From Candidatus Thorarchaeota archaeon (GTDB taxonomy: Archaea > Asgardarchaeota > Thorarchaeia > Thorarchaeales > Thorarchaeaceae), in NCBI GenBank assembly GCA_048882385.1, contig JBHLRQ010000066.1, forward strand, positions 1-11,834: 11,834 bases of DNA, given 5' to 3'. Position numbers and translations under genes: made by a program. Shown piece by piece: positions 6,681 to 11,834 of the stretch. Every line of letters begins with the position of its first letter. Within the stretch, counting starts at the first letter, position 1. The notes beneath the pieces are model-generated. The model saw only the letters and a list, made by a program, of their open reading frames with translations. It did not search any database and was not told the origin of the DNA.

Positions 6681-7228
6681 TCTGTACAGGAGTCATATGC
6701 TTCCTTTGCACCTTGGGCATTACGCTCTCCTACCTTACCTGCCCAGTTTTCACAGATGACTTTCTGCACGGTTTCAAGCTTGACAAGACCAGTAGCTTTA
6801 GCAATCGCTCCGAGCATTGTAGTATTGATCACTGGCAATCCTCCTACTAGTAGCCCATTCTTGAGTGCTATGCCTGTTCCATCATATGTGTAAATGTGAC
6901 CCATTGTTAGACTTATCTCACTAGGTGCCTTTGGAGTATTGATTATAACCTTGCCATTCTCAACGAGTCCTTCTGTGACGTCAATGAGATCTAATAGTGT
7001 AGAATCAAGAACTGCTACTATATCGGGGGTGTACACCTGACTTCGGACATTGATTTCTTCGTTATCAATTCGTGTAAAAGCTTTGACTGGAGCTCCACGA
7101 CGTTCTGCTCCAAAATAGGGAAAAGCCTGTACTCCCTTGTATCCATCAATATAAGCAGCCTTCGCAAGTAGTTCAGCAGAAGTGACACCACCTTGTCCAC
7201 CTCTTCCGTGCCATCTGATTTCTATCAA
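6677..7228 (-). CDS. porC: Pyruvate/2-oxoacid:ferredoxin oxidoreductase gamma subunit
   Basis: IEIRWHGRGGQGGVT, QAFPYFGAERRGAPVKAFTRI, PD…VLD and NTTMLGA. Start reassigned to TTG 7228 (AGGAG 9 nt upstream), giving 183 aa instead of the track's 231 aa. Confidence 0.93.
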   Translation of the reverse strand: MIEIRWHGRGGQGGVTSAELLAKAAYIDGYKGVQAFPYFGAERRGAPVKAFTRIDNEEINVRSQVYTPDIVAVLDSTLLDLIDVTEGLVENGKVIINTPKAPSEISLTMGHIYTYDGTGIALKNGLLVGGLPVINTTMLGAIAKATGLVKLETVQKVICENWAGKVGERNAQGAKEAYDSCTD

Positions 7229-7331
7229 TATCAAAGACTCCTGAGAACGTGTGGGATTGCCAAGCCTTGCGCGGGAACGGCCAAACATAACCTTTACGTT
7301 CTTGATACTTCTGAATTGAGTGTGATGTAAT

Positions 7332-8144
7332 ATGGACGAGTTTCTAAACACTAACAGAGAATTATGGGACAAACTCGCTAAAATACATCATGAGTCAGAG
7401 TTCTATGATGTTGAGGGATTTTTGAAAGGAAAACAGACTCTCGATCCCATCGAGATAGATGAACTTCCAGACGTCACAGGAAAGAAACTACTCCATCTTC
7501 AATGTCATTTTGGAATGGACACACTATCTCTGGCAAGACTTGGTGCAGAAGTAACAGGAGTTGATTTTTCGTCTGAAGCCATCGAGCTTGCCAAATCTCT
7601 AAGTAAATCCGCTGGAATCAAAGCACGGTTTATTTGTTCAGATGTATATGATATTCGAAAGGTTCTGGATGAGGAATTCGATATTGTATTCACATCGGGA
7701 GGAGTGATCACGTGGCTTCCAGATCTTGAGGAATGGGCACAGATAATTTCATCTTCACTGAAAACTGGTGGTATCTTCTACATTCGTGAATTTCATCCCT
7801 TCGCCTATGTTTTTGACGATGCAGATGACATCAAAGAACTTAGAGTGAAATACCCATACTTTCAGGGAAAGGAGCCACTGATGTTTGAAGATGAAGGAAC
7901 ATATGCAGATAAGGATGCTAAGACGGGAATGATGCGAACCTATGAGTGGAACCACCCAATTTCTAGGATAATTAACGTATTGATTAGGAATGGACTTCGA
8001 ATAGATCATCTCCATGAATTCCCCTTCACAGCATACAAGGCATTACCGTTTATGATAAAGAATCAAGATGATAGGTGGGTCCTTCCTGATAATGGGGACA
8101 AAGTACCCCTGATGTTCTCAATCAAAGCGACAAAGACTGATTAG
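7332..8144 (+). CDS. Class I SAM-dependent methyltransferase
   Basis: Motif I variant LLHLQCHFGMDTLS, VTGVDFS, FDIVFTSGG and LKTGGIFYIREFHP. Confidence 0.92.
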   Translation: MDEFLNTNRELWDKLAKIHHESEFYDVEGFLKGKQTLDPIEIDELPDVTGKKLLHLQCHFGMDTLSLARLGAEVTGVDFSSEAIELAKSLSKSAGIKARFICSDVYDIRKVLDEEFDIVFTSGGVITWLPDLEEWAQIISSSLKTGGIFYIREFHPFAYVFDDADDIKELRVKYPYFQGKEPLMFEDEGTYADKDAKTGMMRTYEWNHPISRIINVLIRNGLRIDHLHEFPFTAYKALPFMIKNQDDRWVLPDNGDKVPLMFSIKATKTD

Positions 8145-8145
8145 A

Positions 8146-9513
8146 CTAGAAATCTTCTCGGAGTGCTTTAACAGCACCATCAGCGGATTGTGCAGCTTGT
8201 TGCAACCCAACGCCTGAACCTGCTGTATCTGTTCCTACGATATAAAAACCCTTGATAGGCGTTCGCGGACCAGGTCTATCGAGATCAGTTTGTCCGGGAA
8301 TAAGTGCTGCACGGGTTGCATAAGACAGCTGAACATGTTCCATCTCAACATGGTCAAGGATTCCAGGATGGTATTTCTCTAAACCGTTGCCCTTCATCAT
8401 CTCAATCATTTCTTCTTCGCTCTTGCCAGGAATAGTCGTCATAGCGATTGCGATTAGTTCCTTTCCCTCAGGAGCACAACTGGGATCGAAACTGGATATG
8501 GAAACAATCCATCGGTTTGGAGTGGGGTGGACAAGAACTCTGTTCTTTCTGTCTCCAATAACAGGTTTTGAAAGTCCTAGCCAGAGTGTTATTCCATGTG
8601 TCGGCTGCATAGAACTCCAACGTTTGAAGAAAGAAAGAGTTTCATCGTTATCAGATTGAATAATCTCGGGCATTGCCCAAAGAGGGATATTACTCACAAA
8701 TCTTGAATGGGATATTGTTGTTCCTGCAACAGTACAGCCCGTAACAACTCCATCTGCTTCAAGGATTTGTTCAACAGGGGAATTGAGTACGTAATCACCA
8801 TTGATTGTTTCAATCACTCTCTTAATGAGACCTTCCATGCCGCCTATTACATAACCCTCATCGTATTCTCCCGAACCCAGAATCAAACGTTTTGCAGATT
8901 CCATTTTAGAAGATTCTTTGTCAGTGTCCTTTAGGGTTCTAAGTGCCTCATAAGCTGAAGCTTCAGAAATAGGAACGCCTGCAGCCATGTATATTGCACT
9001 CTGCATTACATCAAGCATAACTTGGTTTGTAGCACCACGTGATTGCATGAATTCAAGAAAAGAGATGTCTTTGTATTTCTTCATCTCTTCAAGCTTCATA
9101 GTTTTGATCTTTGCACCAATTTTGACAAGACCAAGTCGACCTCTCCAACCAGTAAGTGGCCATCGTAGTGTTTCACTAATACTGGAAGGTATGGTACCTA
9201 CCCTATCATAAACACGGAATTCCCATCCATCATGAAGAACAAATTCGGGAGGTGGCGAGAGATAGCTCTTCAAGAATCTAACAAAAGCACCACGGGTTAC
9301 TCTTGTAATGACATGAAGTCCTTGATCGACACGAAATCCGTTAATCCAATAGCTATGCCATACCCCACCAAGACGATTAGCTTTCTCAAGAACTAAGACT
9401 CTCTTTCCTTCTGCAGTGAGCGCAAGAGCGGTAAGCAAGCCGCCAGCACCGCTTCCTAGAATAACTACATCATATTGGGATGCATCTACTTGTTCCAGAG
9501 ATATCTGCTTCAT
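8146..9513 (-). CDS. FAD-dependent oxidoreductase, phytoene desaturase / flavin amine oxidase superfamily
   Basis: Rossmann motif YDVVILGSGAGG…VLEK…GG, DQGLH, Y..GGM, DPSCAPEGK and the C-terminal TPIKGFYIVG…G.G motif. Confidence 0.9.
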   Translation of the reverse strand: MKQISLEQVDASQYDVVILGSGAGGLLTALALTAEGKRVLVLEKANRLGGVWHSYWINGFRVDQGLHVITRVTRGAFVRFLKSYLSPPPEFVLHDGWEFRVYDRVGTIPSSISETLRWPLTGWRGRLGLVKIGAKIKTMKLEEMKKYKDISFLEFMQSRGATNQVMLDVMQSAIYMAAGVPISEASAYEALRTLKDTDKESSKMESAKRLILGSGEYDEGYVIGGMEGLIKRVIETINGDYVLNSPVEQILEADGVVTGCTVAGTTISHSRFVSNIPLWAMPEIIQSDNDETLSFFKRWSSMQPTHGITLWLGLSKPVIGDRKNRVLVHPTPNRWIVSISSFDPSCAPEGKELIAIAMTTIPGKSEEEMIEMMKGNGLEKYHPGILDHVEMEHVQLSYATRAALIPGQTDLDRPGPRTPIKGFYIVGTDTAGSGVGLQQAAQSADGAVKALREDF

Positions 9514-9562
9514 GCTAGACTCGACTCAGAGGTCTTGCTACTTAAGGATGTTCAAAGAAACG

Positions 9563-10669
9563 TTAGAGCACATCAATTGGAATTCCCTGGTTTGCAGATT
9601 CATACGCAGCATCCACAATTTTGTGTGCTTCAACAGCATCTTGGAAGTTTGGAGAATATGTTTCGCTTGAGCGGACAGATTTGAGAAACGAATAGCTGAG
9701 TGCAACTTGTTTGTTGATACTCAAATCCTTTAATGGTTCACGAATCCCTAGTGCTATTTTCTTAGCGGAGATGCCCAGATGGTCGAGAAGGATATCCTCA
9801 ACATTTTCTGAATGAATACGAACTGAATCTTCGCCTTGAAGCTGGTAATCGAGATACTTGTTTCCAGATTCGAGGACAACATGTATGTACCCTCTCTCAA
9901 AGAAAAACTCAAAGTTTCTTTCTTCTGAACGCTCAACTAAGTGCCAAACTGCATCAACAGTACTTGAAGTTCCGTCTTTATGCCTCATGACCAAGGAAGC
10001 TTGGTCCTCAATACCTCGCTCTGAAAAGAAACCTACTTGAGCATAGACATTGACAATATCTCCAAAAAACCAATTTAGAACATCGATGTCATGGACACAC
10101 TGTTCTAAAATGATACCACCACCAGGAACAGAGTTTTCGCCTCTCCACTGAGTGTAATCTTCCTTTTCAAGAGGAAACTGCTGATCATCTCGAATATGGG
10201 CGAGGATTGGTTTACCAAAATCGTGTTTTTCGATCAGCTTCTTGGCATATAGCAAGAAAGGGTCAAATCTAAGATTGAGACCTGCACTTGTTTTGACAGC
10301 GTTGTCAAGAGCGATAGAGTTTAGTTCACGAACTTGTGGGCAACTATGAGCCACTGGTTTTTCACAATAGACCGCTTTTTTTGCTCGAGCTGCAGCTTTT
10401 ACCATTTCGCGATGCTTACTAGTTGGCGTACAGACATAAACCACATCCACATGCTCATCATTCACCAGATCTTCATGATTTTCATAAATCTTGGATATCC
10501 CAAATTCCTTAGCCAATTTCTTGGCTTTCAAATTGTCAGAATCGCAAATTGCAGTAATCTTGAAGCCAAGAAGACCTGAATTATTAATAGCTGTCAATGC
10601 CGCGAGGTGAGTCCTACCAGTTTTCCCAATCCCGATGAGGCCTAGACGAAGTCCTGCTTCATTGTTCAA
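9563..10669 (-). CDS. Gfo/Idh/MocA-family NAD(P)-dependent oxidoreductase
   Basis: GLIGIGKTG, VYVCTPT..H, CEKP, LRF.P and GGGIILEQCVHDID. TTG start. Confidence 0.92.
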   Translation of the reverse strand: MNNEAGLRLGLIGIGKTGRTHLAALTAINNSGLLGFKITAICDSDNLKAKKLAKEFGISKIYENHEDLVNDEHVDVVYVCTPTSKHREMVKAAARAKKAVYCEKPVAHSCPQVRELNSIALDNAVKTSAGLNLRFDPFLLYAKKLIEKHDFGKPILAHIRDDQQFPLEKEDYTQWRGENSVPGGGIILEQCVHDIDVLNWFFGDIVNVYAQVGFFSERGIEDQASLVMRHKDGTSSTVDAVWHLVERSEERNFEFFFERGYIHVVLESGNKYLDYQLQGEDSVRIHSENVEDILLDHLGISAKKIALGIREPLKDLSINKQVALSYSFLKSVRSSETYSPNFQDAVEAHKIVDAAYESANQGIPIDVL

Positions 10670-10818
10670 CAGGTGTCAACTACCAGCCACATATTTGTCA
10701 TGTATGTATTTTAGTGTTCTTAGAAATCAAGTTAATATTCTAATCATCACGACAACTGTTATGAGGCACATGAATACATGAACACTCAACGAATCATGGA
10801 AATTGAAGTGACGGTACA

Positions 10819-11834
10819 TTGACCGATCAAGACATACTCAAAGAGGCTAGAAGTGCACTAAAAGAAGGGAACAAGGAAGTAGCTGGAAAATTACTTCTTG
10901 CCGCAGCAAGTAGATTGTCAGACAAAATGGAGTACAAAGAAGCAGCAAAAGTCTATGAAGAGGCTGCTGTTGTTTTCAGAGATGCATATGACGCATCTGA
11001 GAGTTTCAAGGCATTCGACAATGTCACCCTCATGCTAATTCGACTTCCCCAGGAAGAAAGCGTCTATCAGGAGATTGTACGAGTAAACAAAGAAGCAGCA
11101 AAGGTTGCTGAAGAGGCAACAGAATACAAGAGAGCAGCAGAATTCTATTTTCGTGCTCAGGACTTTGCTTCAGATGAGGAAAAAAGAGAGTTGAACATCA
11201 AAGCTGCTGATGCACTAGAGAACCTTGCTGATATCAGAGAGGAAGAAGAGGATTTTGCTGAAGCAGTCAGTCTTCTACGAAAAGTGAGCCGTTTGTATTA
11301 TACGGCTGGTGATGATGAACTCGGAGAGCGAATTAATGATCGGGCTGCTCGTCTTGCTCGTAGATGGGCAGATATTGCCAAAAACAACGGGGATTTTTTG
11401 TCGGCTGGAAATGCACTTGCTGAAGCTGCGCAGATAATGGACACTGGAGAATCAACAGAAGCCATGCGAATAATGATGGAAGCTGGAGAACTCTACGAGG
11501 CTGCAGAGCTTTTTGAAAAGGCAGGTAATATCTATGATGCCGCTCAAGAAGCTTACAAACTGCAGAGACTCACGTCAGCCAGAAATCAGGCCATGTCAAA
11601 AGCTGCTGAAGCCTATTTGAAGACACAAGGGTCAGCTGAAGCTGTGGCACCACTTCTTGTTAAAGGAGGAAACATGTTCCTTGAGATTAGTCGACCAATG
11701 AAGGCAAAGTGGGCATTCAAGCGCGGAAATGAGTTATTTGGAGAACTTGCAGAGAAAGCTAAAAGTCGTAATGATGTAGAGTCCGAGATGAAGTATTATA
11801 GATTCCAAGCAATGTGTCTGGAGAAGTGGGGAGC
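10819..11834 (+). CDS. Alpha-solenoid protein with alpha-SNAP/Sec17-like (TPR-related) helical repeats; 3' end truncated by the window
   Basis: Not in the ORF track. Frame +1 is open from TTG 10819 (in-frame TGA at 10804-10806 upstream) to the window end, 338 codons: MTDQDILKEARSALKEGNKEVAGKLLLAAASRLSDKMEYKEAAKVYEEAAVVFRDA…GDFLSAGNALAEAAQI…LFEKAGNIYDAAQEAYK…. Ala/Glu-rich with about 20-aa helix periodicity. Confidence 0.88.
   Translation, partial: MTDQDILKEARSALKEGNKEVAGKLLLAAASRLSDKMEYKEAAKVYEEAAVVFRDAYDASESFKAFDNVTLMLIRLPQEESVYQEIVRVNKEAAKVAEEATEYKRAAEFYFRAQDFASDEEKRELNIKAADALENLADIREEEEDFAEAVSLLRKVSRLYYTAGDDELGERINDRAARLARRWADIAKNNGDFLSAGNALAEAAQIMDTGESTEAMRIMMEAGELYEAAELFEKAGNIYDAAQEAYKLQRLTSARNQAMSKAAEAYLKTQGSAEAVAPLLVKGGNMFLEISRPMKAKWAFKRGNELFGELAEKAKSRNDVESEMKYYRFQAMCLEKWG

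Noticed and set aside
7229-7372. 48-aa N-terminal extension of the OR gamma subunit in the ORF track
   Set aside because: It overlaps the divergent methyltransferase start, the family begins at MIEIRWHGRGGQG, and an AGGAG RBS precedes TTG 7228.
8146-9513. Resemblance of the N-terminus (YDVVILGSG…GKRVL) to Rab-GDI
   Set aside because: The intact GxGxxG FAD motif and the C-terminal flavoprotein motif fit an ordinary phytoene-desaturase-like oxidoreductase.
907-10579. Short alternative-frame and antisense ORFs in the track (e.g. 907-1116, 975-1250, 1664-2020, 2732-2944, 8387-8659, 9416-9670, 10334-10579)
   Set aside because: They lie within or overlap well-supported genes and have no recognisable motifs; they are shadow ORFs.
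10778-10793. Short tandem repeat ACATGAAT-ACATGAAC in the divergent intergenic region
   Set aside because: Only two 8-mers in AT-rich DNA. This is not a CRISPR or iteron array and is compatible with chance.
1-11834. Mobile elements, CRISPR, tRNA/rRNA, defence systems
   Set aside because: No transposase, integrase or nuclease motifs, no repeat-spacer periodicity and no cloverleaf seen. Intergenic spaces are under 200 nt.

Overview
Gene-dense, roughly 41% GC archaeal chromosomal segment with no mobile element, CRISPR array, rRNA or tRNA visible. Archaeal origin is supported by a PAC2-family proteasome chaperone ending in an HbYX motif, a C-terminal PCNA PIP box, TATA boxes about 25-30 nt before several starts, and GAGGTGA/AGGAG ribosome-binding sites. 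An Asgard (Thorarchaeia-like) source is my inference from gene content and style and is not proven. In order, the window holds: two translationally coupled microprotein ORFs missed by the ORF track (one a Cys/His metal-binding protein), a DUF72 protein with a canonical PIP box, a small PH-fold-like protein, a glutamine synthetase-family enzyme, a class I/II aminotransferase, a CDF metal transporter with three C-terminal domains, a PAC2/Pba chaperone, an orphan 2-oxoacid:ferredoxin oxidoreductase gamma subunit, a SAM methyltransferase, a phytoene-desaturase-like FAD oxidoreductase and a Gfo/Idh/MocA oxidoreductase. Last comes an unannotated, window-truncated alpha-solenoid protein of more than 338 aa with alpha-SNAP/Sec17-like helical repeats. 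The best leads are the SNAP-like protein, the PIP-box DUF72, the PH-like protein and the microprotein operon with its structured upstream region.
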